In this document: one piece after another, positions 28,007-36,639 of the stretch
How the letters are laid out: every line of letters begins with the position of its first letter
How positions within the stretch are numbered: position 1 is the stretch's first letter
Assembly: GCA_965220085.1 (NCBI GenBank)
Contig: CBDCOZ010000001.1
Coordinates: 32,001-96,000, forward strand
Direction: 5' to 3'
Origin: Candidatus Oxydemutatoraceae bacterium
GTDB lineage: Bacteria > Pseudomonadota > Gammaproteobacteria > Poriferisulfidales > Oxydemutatoraceae
DNA length: 64,000 bases
Translations under genes and position numbers: made by a program
The notes under the pieces: model-generated
What the model saw: the letters and a program-made list of their open reading frames with translations, nothing else
Told to the model about the DNA's origin: nothing
Database searches by the model: none

Positions 28007-30095
28007 CGCCGTAAATTTTCCGGTACTGCTCCGGTTGTTTCAAAGCCTCGCTCAGCGCCTTGCCCTCCAACAACTCCTGTCTCTCGCAAAACGCGTCGTT
28101 AAGCGCCTTGGCGATGCTCTTCATGTCATCAAAAAAGTACTCCCGTAGCAGCGGGATGATGCTGTGCTCAAACGCCTCCGCCAAAGCGTCCATGCCATCC
28201 GCCTCCATCAAATAGGAATGGCCTATGCAGTGATTGCGGTTGTGCAACTTCGTGATGCGCTCGTTCATCTTATCCAGCAACGCGGGCAAGTTCACGCCCG
28301 CCACCTCCCGCAACAAGTTCGACTTCGGCATCATCTCTATAAACCGGAAGCGGCGGCGCAAGGCGGTATCCAACAACGCAATGGAGCGGTCGGCGGTGTT
28401 CATGGTGCCAATGATATGCACATTGGCAGGCACCGAAAACTTCTCGCCGGAGTATGGCAACTTCGCCGAAAGTTCATCGCTGCCGCCCTTGCGCTTGTTC
28501 TCTTCGATCAGCGTAATCAACTCCCCGAATATCTTGGAGATGTTCCCCCGATTGATCTCATCAATGATTAGCACATATGGCTTGCTCGAATTATCGTCAC
28601 GCCTGTCTTCCAGCCCGCATTCTTGCTTCATAAAGTTCAGCAATCCGGGGGTGTATGACTCAAGGCCACTGGCGGGTACTCCCGTTTCATAAGACTTTCT
28701 CAGGGTACGCCTTGTCAAATTGTATTTCTCGTGGCGAAAGCGCTTAGCAGCAAACCCTATGCAATCAAACCTATCCCCACGAACCACATTGTAATCCAGC
28801 CCTCTCGCAGTTTTTAGTGGTATGCCATCCTCCCGCCCGTCAATCTCATCCAGCAACTTATCGTACGCTTCGTCAAAGTTATCTGTGGACGGGGCTACGG
28901 CACGAGCGCACAACTCCTTGAAAAGGCCATCCCTTATCTCGTAACTCATTTCGCCATCGGCGCTGTCCAAGTCCGGGCGTATGCCCTCAATGAATTCCTC
29001 ATAGCCGTAACTCTGATGGAATGTGATGAAGACAATCTGCCCCTCCGATAGCAGCTCTTGGTAGCGAGCCTTTATCTCGTCATCACCGGCAGGCGCATCC
29101 TCGCCATCAATAATCCGCACTGCCATCTCGGCGGTGTTGTGGGTTTTGCCGGTGCCGGGCGGCCCGTAAAGTATCTGGTTGAGTGGTTGCATGGTGCCGT
29201 TGCCTCCCGTGTCGGAATCGGTTTGTGGGCCTTTGAGATCCTTCCATGGCGAATCAAAGTGATCAAGTTCATGCGTCCCCCGCTTTTGTTCCTCCGCTTT
29301 GCGGAACGCATACAAGGCCTTGTCTATCTCGTATATGGGAGCGCTTTGCCCTCCGGAAAATCCGGCTCTTTCCACAGCATATTTTCGCTTCTTTTCCTGA
29401 GCAAAAATGCGCTCAAAGTAATCCGGGAACAACAGGTAGACAAGTGTGTTGCGCATGGTCTTGTCATAGCCATTCCAATCGTGTAGCATTTTTGCAAATT
29501 GCCAAGCGTTGTTTTCAGATTCTGCTTGCCGTAGCAGAGTGTGATTCTGCCGATACCCGCCTTCTGTTTTCCAGAAAAGAATAAACTCTATCAAATACTT
29601 GGTTGCGCGGTGGGAGCCCTGCTGGACCAAGCCTCGTCCGGCACTGCCAATGCCTTTTTGCAATTCTTCCGATGACATGTTGGCAGGAGGCTCTTCCCCC
29701 GACCATTCCCATACGGTTCTCGGATAGTTTATGCGATTATTCTGGTTGTTTCGGGAGCAGTCGGCCAGATAAACCAGACAAATTACTTCGGCCATAAGCT
29801 TGTACAAACTGGCAGGTGCCCGCTCTGTTTGCCGATGATTATTGACTTCCGTATCTTTGCATGCCTCGCCACTGAACTGTATCCGCAACTTGCGCATGAA
29901 TTTGTTGTCTTCTTCCGCTTCCATGGCGCCCAACATGCGGCCTATGTAGTACTTCTGCAGCCCCTTGCAATTCTCCTCTGTCCATAGTCTTTCGTCGGTG
30001 AACAGGGAGCCATCGCCCAGCAGGCATTGTTCGCGCCATCTATCGGCTAATTCCAGTATTTTGGTAATGTCAAAGTGGGCGTTGTAGCGACTCAT
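27993..30095 (-). CDS. mcrB: McrB-family AAA+ GTPase
   Basis: GPPGTGKT, FHQSYGYEEF, IDEINRGN, MNTADRS; start taken at MSRYNAHF. Confidence 0.92.
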   Translation of the reverse strand: MSRYNAHFDITKILELADRWREQCLLGDGSLFTDERLWTEENCKGLQKYYIGRMLGAMEAEEDNKFMRKLRIQFSGEACKDTEVNNHRQTERAPASLYKLMAEVICLVYLADCSRNNQNNRINYPRTVWEWSGEEPPANMSSEELQKGIGSAGRGLVQQGSHRATKYLIEFILFWKTEGGYRQNHTLLRQAESENNAWQFAKMLHDWNGYDKTMRNTLVYLLFPDYFERIFAQEKKRKYAVERAGFSGGQSAPIYEIDKALYAFRKAEEQKRGTHELDHFDSPWKDLKGPQTDSDTGGNGTMQPLNQILYGPPGTGKTHNTAEMAVRIIDGEDAPAGDDEIKARYQELLSEGQIVFITFHQSYGYEEFIEGIRPDLDSADGEMSYEIRDGLFKELCARAVAPSTDNFDEAYDKLLDEIDGREDGIPLKTARGLDYNVVRGDRFDCIGFAAKRFRHEKYNLTRRTLRKSYETGVPASGLESYTPGLLNFMKQECGLEDRRDDNSSKPYVLIIDEINRGNISKIFGELITLIEENKRKGGSDELSAKLPYSGEKFSVPANVHIIGTMNTADRSIALLDTALRRRFRFIEMMPKSNLLREVAGVNLPALLDKMNERITKLHNRNHCIGHSYLMEADGMDALAEAFEHSIIPLLREYFFDDMKSIAKALNDAFCERQELLEGKALSEALKQPEQYRKIYGDDNG

Positions 30096-30398
30096 TGCGT
30101 GGGGATTCTGGTTGCGTGTCTGGACATTATGCCATATAAGTGGTGGGTGTGGTGGTTTGCTAGGCCAGAGTGTCTGGTTGGCATTGCGAGGCGGTGCGGG
30201 TCGCGTTGCAAGGTTTCGGCGGGGTCGCCTCGCAGGGCGTTGCGGTCGGCGTCGCAGGATTTCGGCGCGGGCGTGGGTAGCGGCGACTGCATCGGCGGCA
30301 AATAATGCCATCACATAATAGTGTTATACTTTGTCGCACGGTACCTTTCTCCGGGTCAAACCCGAAAAGATTGACGAACCGAACTTAACTATTACGTC

Positions 30399-30495
30399 GT
30401 ATCAGGGCGGTATGATAATGCACTCTCATTGTTTCGGACGCTTGGATGACAACGGAGAACGCATCAGGGCGGTATGATAATGCGCCCTCATTGTT
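30399..30495 (+). repeat. 35-bp direct repeat (62-bp period) containing a TATGATAAT promoter-like box
   Basis: ATCAGGGCGGTATGATAATGC..CTCATTGTT twice. Confidence 0.75.
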
Positions 30496-30535
30496 GCAAC
30501 CTCGCTACAATGCGCAAAGATATTTATTAAAACCT

Positions 30536-31933
30536 ATGGGAACAGATAATACCAATCCGCCGCCTTCCAAAAAGGCGCCCAAAATCCTGATCATTGACTG
30601 CCATTCCGGCCTCGCTTTGTGCACCTATTCCATGCTGAAAGAACTGGGGGCGGACGCGGAAGCGTTCGGCGACATAGTTATTTACGGTTGCCCCTCGCAA
30701 TCGGTATTTCCCAAGCGATTCCTACGCCATGACTATCCGCCCCGCCCTTCGCGCATAGGAAGACTCCTGTCTCTGTTCCGGTTCATCATCCAAAACCCGG
30801 CCACCGCCGTCAGACACACTCGCGATTATTATCGGGCGGGCCTCAGAAGCGACGGGATAAAGTGGAGGGAATGTGTCCGCCCCTCCCCGCTCCGTTGCAT
30901 AATCAGCGGCTTCACGGGGCGGGGCGTGAATCGTTCGGCGATTCAAAAACTGCTGCGCCTTCCTTGCTATCGCTCCTACTTCTCACAGTTTGATACTTTG
31001 GTTTGTTGCTTCCCGCCGATTACGTTTCAGTTCGCAAAACTGATATCGGAAATGTACGGACAACGCATCATCCTCACCATGGGGCACCGGTTCAACATAC
31101 GCATTCCCCGGAACAAAGACTATAACGAGCGCCTGAAAGAGGAGTTGCTGGAACTCATGAGAGATGACAAGCACGCGGTCGGCGCGATGACACATTACGA
31201 CCGGCTGTATGCGCAACACTATCTGTCCAAAATAGACAAACAACTGATGCCGGAAGCCATTCCGGTATTCGGCGTGGAAGCGTTCCACATTAAACTCAGT
31301 CCGAAAGCAAAACCCGCGTGTAACACGATATTGATCACTCCGGTGCACGTCGTTGGTGATGGCAGGTTGCCGCTGGATGTGTCTCATATAAACCGCGACT
31401 ACGAAGCGTTTTGCGAGAAAAACGGTTTGCAAACGGATTATGTTTTCAAAACCATAAGACAGCATTGGAACTTCAAACCGTATTCTTATGACGACCTCAG
31501 TTCGTTTGCCGGAATCGCGATAGTGAATTTTCCATACAGCTCTTTTTCCACATCCCAAGTGGAGACCTATGGTTGTTGTCTGCCTTACTTTTACCCCGAC
31601 GAAGAGTTTTTTGTGCGCCACGACTATGACAATGACTATCGGCTACACCCGATATATATGAGCGAAGCGGAGTATCGGCGGGTCGAGGAGGATATAGACA
31701 GCCTTGACTCGCCAAACAGCCTCTTGCCGGAAGCGCGCAGAAAGTGGGTGCGGCATGGCTATAACCGCCACACGCAAAACGCAGTCGCGTTCTCCGACTG
31801 GGATGACCTGTTTCAGAAAATACACGAGGCGTTGCCGCGATACGCCGAAATATCACGGGCAATATATGAAGAGAATGTGGCTCGCCGCAAAAAGCATCTG
31901 GAACTTTGGCGGCGGTTGCTCAACATGCCATGA
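30536..31933 (+). CDS. Hypothetical protein, possibly glycosyltransferase-like
   Basis: Long ORF; C-terminal IVNFPYS.FS.SQVETY...LPYFYP resembles a GT-B nucleotide-sugar binding segment; start uncertain (30446 or 30536). Confidence 0.55.
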   Translation: MGTDNTNPPPSKKAPKILIIDCHSGLALCTYSMLKELGADAEAFGDIVIYGCPSQSVFPKRFLRHDYPPRPSRIGRLLSLFRFIIQNPATAVRHTRDYYRAGLRSDGIKWRECVRPSPLRCIISGFTGRGVNRSAIQKLLRLPCYRSYFSQFDTLVCCFPPITFQFAKLISEMYGQRIILTMGHRFNIRIPRNKDYNERLKEELLELMRDDKHAVGAMTHYDRLYAQHYLSKIDKQLMPEAIPVFGVEAFHIKLSPKAKPACNTILITPVHVVGDGRLPLDVSHINRDYEAFCEKNGLQTDYVFKTIRQHWNFKPYSYDDLSSFAGIAIVNFPYSSFSTSQVETYGCCLPYFYPDEEFFVRHDYDNDYRLHPIYMSEAEYRRVEEDIDSLDSPNSLLPEARRKWVRHGYNRHTQNAVAFSDWDDLFQKIHEALPRYAEISRAIYEENVARRKKHLELWRRLLNMP

Positions 31934-32334
31934 TCCAAGCCGTCTCCTTGAATGAAAAAGTGCGCTCTTAACGTCACAGCGTTGCCTGCAACAAGGTATG
32001 CCACTGCTACTCGCGCGCGCCCCGCCGCAGGTATTCGCTTTCAAACAGCGCTGCCTGCAACGGGGTATCCGCCACTGCTACGCCTATCCCCAATGCCCGA
32101 AGATGAAGGCTCAAGGAACGCTTCCGCCGCGCGCCTTGAGAAGCGTTTGCGGAGTTTGAAGCGGGTTTGTTGACGACCGAATGTGCGCACATTCAATGAG
32201 CGTCGGATAAAGTATCTGGGATGGTTTAACGCCAAAACACCACGAAGGGATTACACTATGGGCTGGAACTTCAAGCGCTTATGACACCCACAATATTTGC
32301 CCCAGATGTCCGCTATGTCTTGGTATCAAACAAG

Positions 32335-32499
32335 GTTTTGACTCCTCAATCAAGTCTGATATAATCCCGCACGATTTCTTCATAAGGGGGGTTTCAATAG
32401 TTTTTGACGCCCCCCGATCAAGTCTGATATAATCACAATCACGGTTGATAAATATCGCCTAGAGTTTTGACCTCTCCTCGATCCTAGTCTGGTTCAATC
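32335..32499 (+). CRISPR. Degenerate type II-C mini-array: 3 repeats, 2 spacers
   Basis: Repeats GTTTTGACTCCTCAATCAAGTCTGATATAATC (32335-32366), GTTTTTGACGCCCCCCGATCAAGTCTGATATAATC (32400-32434), GTTTTGACCTCTCCTCGATCCTAGTCTGGTTCAATC (32464-32499); spacers of 33 and 29 bp; adjacent to the cas genes. Confidence 0.85.
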
Positions 32500-32550
32500 C
32501 AGTGAATGCGGTTCATAGCGCTAATGAGTTGCGGGGAAGTCTTAACTAAC

Positions 32551-32601
32551 AAACCACCCAGGCGCTCCCTGCGAAAGCACATTGTCTCGGGTGGTTTTTT
32601 T
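32551..32601 (+). terminator. Hairpin plus T-run downstream of the array (terminator, or 3' end of a tracr-like RNA)
   Basis: AAACCACCC...GGGTGGTTT followed by Ts; internal TGC-GAAA-GCA hairpin. Confidence 0.6.
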
Positions 32602-32615
32602 ATTAACTCGGGATT

Positions 32616-32813
32616 TTATTCCCCAAAGATTGTCTGTCTGGGCACGATGAGTTTAGTCCGCTCGCTTCCGCAATCATAATCAGAACCCGTAACAGTTATT
32701 CATCTAACAAAGCGTTCCGGAATTTTGTTGCTTGCTGTCGTTGCTTCTTGGTTAGCGCCGGCCAGTCAAACCATTCCGAGCGCCCATCCTGCTTTGAGGC
32801 GTTTTAGTTCTTC
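32616..32813 (-). pseudogene. cas2: cas2 remnant (frameshifted, internally deleted)
   Basis: Hand translation across frames: LKAGWALGM/FDWPALTKKQRQQATKFRNALLDE* then ...TVTGSDYDCGSERTKLIVPRQTIFGE*; matches the type II Cas2 W..vMFDLP..TK..R..AT.FR..LL.DG N-terminus. Confidence 0.75.
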
Positions 32814-32914
32814 GCGCTTTTTCTGCCCATCGGGCGATCCGCAAACCAAGAACCCTTTCTTTGCGGATGAGGGAATTGTGTCGGAGGATATGAACAGTGT
32901 TGTGACTCGTTCAT
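32814..32914 (-). pseudogene. cas1: cas1 N-terminal remnant
   Basis: ATG overlaps the cas9 stop (ATGA); SHNTVHILRHNSLIRKER/FLVCGSPDGQKKR with frameshifts resembles the first ~35 aa of type II Cas1; expected position between cas9 and cas2. Confidence 0.55.
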
Positions 32915-35900
32915 GCTTTCGTCTTTCTTAGAACAAACCTCTTCTCTTTCCTATAGGGCTCTTCTTTCAGAAAGTGTTTCAAAGCGATTCTGCGCTTCTC
33001 ACCTTTCGCGGATGTCATTTCTATCTTGCCGGCAAATTCAATCGTGTTAAGCGTGTATATGCCGGCGCTTATTTCTTTCTGCTTTTCCATCAGTATGGTC
33101 TCCGTCACCTCTATGAGACACTTTGAATGGAAAAAGCCCAATACTTTTTGTATGCCCGGGTTGCTCTCTAATTCTTTTCCGATCGCATATCTTGACTCAA
33201 ACACCCTTACCGGTTTCACCCGCACTTTGTTTTTGCTGTCCAGATAAAGAAACTGTCCTTGGTCCGACTCTTTCCGAGTTTTAAATTGTCCGAATTGACC
33301 TCTGGAAATGTCTTTATAATTAGTGATATCTCCGTCTGCCACTCGGACTTTTTTCACTGCGGGGGTATCTTTGCTTAATTGGAAATTCTTGCAATATTTC
33401 CTCCATTGTTGCTCGGTCATTTTTTTCCGCCGATTAACCCATTTTTCCACTTTCTTGCGAATATCGGCATCGTATATCCTTGTAACATCCTTTTTTGTTT
33501 TCGCCAACCCGTCCCATTGGCCCTTTGAGGTGTCCCCCAAAGAGTCAAGAGGCACTCGATAAGTCGCTTGCTCTTCGCCGTTGGCAATGTTTCTCTTCCC
33601 GTAGACTGTCTCCCTGAAGATAGGCTTGTTAAAGCATATTTGGCGCGGCATGACGCGCTCAAGAACCGCGCCAAAGAATTTTTGCGGATCAGCCCTGAGC
33701 GCCTCCGCGGGAAGAGAAAAACAAAGCCGCCTGTCAGAACCTCTTGCCCAGTTTGGGATAAAAGACAATATCATCGCATCCAGCGCATGGCGCCGATTAT
33801 CATTTATGTTCTTTTCCGCATTCGCTCCTTCGTGCAGTAACTCAAGCAATTTATATTTTTGCGCAACCGCATTTGTCGCGCCCCTGCCGAGCACAGCGAC
33901 CTTTCTCTCCTCTCCGTCAAAATCCGCGTTCCAACCAAAATGTAAGCGCACGATCGCCTGCGTTAATTTTGCAATCCAAGCCGTTTGCCGGAGTCCGACG
34001 CGATGATTAACGGCCTTTGCGGCATCTTCCATGTTTGTCGCCGATAGCAGCGCGGCTTTAAATTTGGGGAATTTCTTTCCTCTCCCTTTCACCATCTCAT
34101 GGAGGCGCTCTATAAAGGCGCCCCATTTGCCTTCCCGCTTTAGCCAATCAGATGGCAAGCGGTCGCCTTGTTTGCGCTTACACTCTTTGCTGGCAAGCAC
34201 GAGATTCATGTAGGCGCACGGGCCGCCGTTGGAATCCGGAACGATAGGGGTTATCTCTGCCTCTTCAAAAAGTATCGCATCGGGCAAATCGTATGATTCG
34301 GACAGAGTGATCGGACGATCACAAAATATACAACGCTCCTCTTGCTCTTTCCAAAGTTGCCATTTCAGTAAGTTTTTCTGAGAAGGAGATATCCATTTTT
34401 CTTCCAGTTCTTTTTGCGCTTCCTTATCTCTTTGTTCGCGCTCCTCTTTATGTTTCTCGTAGTCGTTTTTTCTTTGTTCCGGTAACCAATCTTCTCTGAC
34501 AAACTCAATCGCCACTCTGTCGGGTGTGCCAAATTCCCTTTGCATATTTTTTATCTGCGAATAAAAAACCCCCAATCTATGGCGAACTATGGGGTCATTC
34601 TGGTCGGCAATCAGTTTTTGAATGGCCTTGGCTTGCTCGCCTTCTCCGCCTGCGGTTTTATATTCCGACAGCGTTTGATTGGGGATGTAAAGCCCGTCCC
34701 AACTATTGCCCATATGCTCCATAAAGGCCAAATCTTCTTTGACGAGCCCCTTTCTCTTATCAAAGTTTCCGGCAATCAGCCTCATTTCATTTTCCCTCAA
34801 GAAGTCTTGGGGCGATTTTCCGGAAAGAATCAGGTCTTTGACTATTCTCAGAGCCGGGCGCGAAAAGCGAGACCTTCCGAAAATTTTCGGAGCATCCACT
34901 TTGCCATTGTTCGGAGCCACACAATCTCCGCCATATTTATGAATATATTTTTCTAAGTCTTTTTTTGTCAGGCTTAGTTTCTTCGTAATCTTTTTTTCTA
35001 ATCTGTCTCGGACATTGGCATGAACCGCGTCCATGCGCTCATTGAATATGGCTCTGATCTCCTCGTATGCAAATGGTTTTGTCTCTTCGCCGGCTATAAA
35101 CCGGATGTTCTTTAGTTTCATCAAAAATGTTACCTGTGCGGAAAGGAGCGAGTCTTCCGAGATGTTGCCATGTGTGCCTTTGGGGGCGGCGCGGCACGCA
35201 TTGAAGCGAGGGATAAGAGCGCATTTATTCGGAGAGCGGTTATCAAATGTCGGTATCTTTTGTGCCAAAATTCCTTGCCAGTCGGTTTCCTTGCCTCTGA
35301 GCAACGCTTTCCTGCCCCCCGCTTTTTCGTATAGTTCGGGGTTGCCGCGCTCGGCATGATATGATGCATAGGCTTCGCCTGTGGGTCCATACAGCAGATA
35401 GTCTTCTTTTCCCGTGAGGGCGGGGTATTGCTTTTCCGCTTGCTTGAACATGCAACGCAGTTGCTTCTCTATCATGTGCCTGGGATACACGGCCATTGTG
35501 GGAGGCAACCACTTTGCGTCCTCTTTTGTTTTGCCTCCTTCTTTGTCTAATCTTTCTCTTGCTATCGGATCTTTCGTCTTGCCGACATGGGTGCTTTTGG
35601 CAGTATGGTCAATACGCAGTTTGCATGAGTCGGGTGATTTCGGATTCCATAAGCCCATGCGATACGCTTCCCAATAACACGGGTGGCGATGATTCGCATT
35701 TTTGCTTATTTTGCTTATGTTTTCTATTTCTTTCTGAATGCAGGCTGCGCGTTTGGCAGTCTCAGTTTTCTCCTTGTTTTCTTCTTTGCTCTTTGCATCA
35801 TCTTTATCGGCGAACAGCAGAGCGCTTTTCCATGGGGCATCCTTGTCAAACCCGCGTTTTTGAATCGCCGAATGAAACGCTTTGTACAATTGCCACTCTT

Positions 35901-36297
35901 CCAGTTTTTTGCCTTGCAAGAGCATAATCTGCAATAACGTCCCGCAGTACACTGTGTCATCGTCCTTTGCGGGAAATTCTCTTTCCAGTCTCTCGTCGCC
36001 GCTCTTAAGTTTTTCTTTTCCTTCGCTACTGACAATCTTCGCGCCGTTCAGCGTTTCCAGCCCCGCTTCTCGGAAAACTTTCCGCAGCCATTCCTCTCGT
36101 TTTTTGTGTGCCAATCTGCTTCTATAAGCGCGTCGCCGCTCCGCCGCAGACTTCGTTGACGCAAACTTATCGGGAATCAACAAAGAGTCAACTTTGTTAA
36201 ATTCAAACGGGTCGCCTTTGGCTCCGCGAACTGCGTATCCCAGTGAGCCGGTTCCAATATCAAATGACCAAATATGTTTTTGTTGATTGTTCGTCAT
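32911..36297 (-). CDS. cas9: Cas9 (type II-C-like, 1128 aa), RuvC intact, HNH catalytic residues substituted
   Basis: RuvC-I WSFDIGTGSLGYAV, Arg-rich bridge helix ERRRAYRSRLAHKKRE, RuvC-II VAIEFVRE, HNH fold QEERCIFCD...EITPIVPDSNGG...NLVLASKECKRKQG, RuvC-III RRHALDAM. Confidence 0.95.
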   Translation of the reverse strand: MTNNQQKHIWSFDIGTGSLGYAVRGAKGDPFEFNKVDSLLIPDKFASTKSAAERRRAYRSRLAHKKREEWLRKVFREAGLETLNGAKIVSSEGKEKLKSGDERLEREFPAKDDDTVYCGTLLQIMLLQGKKLEEWQLYKAFHSAIQKRGFDKDAPWKSALLFADKDDAKSKEENKEKTETAKRAACIQKEIENISKISKNANHRHPCYWEAYRMGLWNPKSPDSCKLRIDHTAKSTHVGKTKDPIARERLDKEGGKTKEDAKWLPPTMAVYPRHMIEKQLRCMFKQAEKQYPALTGKEDYLLYGPTGEAYASYHAERGNPELYEKAGGRKALLRGKETDWQGILAQKIPTFDNRSPNKCALIPRFNACRAAPKGTHGNISEDSLLSAQVTFLMKLKNIRFIAGEETKPFAYEEIRAIFNERMDAVHANVRDRLEKKITKKLSLTKKDLEKYIHKYGGDCVAPNNGKVDAPKIFGRSRFSRPALRIVKDLILSGKSPQDFLRENEMRLIAGNFDKRKGLVKEDLAFMEHMGNSWDGLYIPNQTLSEYKTAGGEGEQAKAIQKLIADQNDPIVRHRLGVFYSQIKNMQREFGTPDRVAIEFVREDWLPEQRKNDYEKHKEEREQRDKEAQKELEEKWISPSQKNLLKWQLWKEQEERCIFCDRPITLSESYDLPDAILFEEAEITPIVPDSNGGPCAYMNLVLASKECKRKQGDRLPSDWLKREGKWGAFIERLHEMVKGRGKKFPKFKAALLSATNMEDAAKAVNHRVGLRQTAWIAKLTQAIVRLHFGWNADFDGEERKVAVLGRGATNAVAQKYKLLELLHEGANAEKNINDNRRHALDAMILSFIPNWARGSDRRLCFSLPAEALRADPQKFFGAVLERVMPRQICFNKPIFRETVYGKRNIANGEEQATYRVPLDSLGDTSKGQWDGLAKTKKDVTRIYDADIRKKVEKWVNRRKKMTEQQWRKYCKNFQLSKDTPAVKKVRVADGDITNYKDISRGQFGQFKTRKESDQGQFLYLDSKNKVRVKPVRVFESRYAIGKELESNPGIQKVLGFFHSKCLIEVTETILMEKQKEISAGIYTLNTIEFAGKIEMTSAKGEKRRIALKHFLKEEPYRKEKRFVLRKTKA

Positions 36298-36381
36298 GTT
36301 GTTTCTCCTGTTATTTTATAAGCATTATAGTATGAGGCGCCTGCGGAAGGCAGGGGTGTTGAATACTCAACCAATCTATAT

Positions 36382-36481
36382 CGCAACTCAAATTATACCC
36401 GCAGAATGTCAAAGTAACCTAGCCATTGATGAATCTTGGGTTGCTACGCAATTCAGATTATGCCCGCGGAAGGTCAAAGTA
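36382..36481. repeat. Two 35-bp imperfect repeats separated by 30 bp, upstream of cas9
   Basis: CGCAACTCAAATTATACCCGCAGAATGTCAAAGTA (36382-36416) and CGCAATTCAGATTATGCCCGCGGAAGGTCAAAGTA (36447-36481). Confidence 0.8.
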
Positions 36482-36535
36482 GGGTATTGGATACCGCAAA
36501 TGCATATGCTGCCTTGTCCCGCGCCGGCGGGCGAA
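36456..36535 (+). ncRNA. tracrRNA candidate
   Basis: GATTAT...GGAAGGTCAAAGT is complementary to both ends of the array repeat (GTTTTGACCT..., ...ATAATC) and is followed by a nexus-like GGTAT-TGG-ATACC hairpin; boundaries approximate. Confidence 0.5.
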
Positions 36536-36639
36536 CCGTTGTCTGACTATGTATAATCCCCTAAATAGTGATCCTTTTCGCACGGTGTATAGCCCATGAA
36601 TGGCACAGTCGAATCCTTCTGCAACAATAAAAAGCTAAA

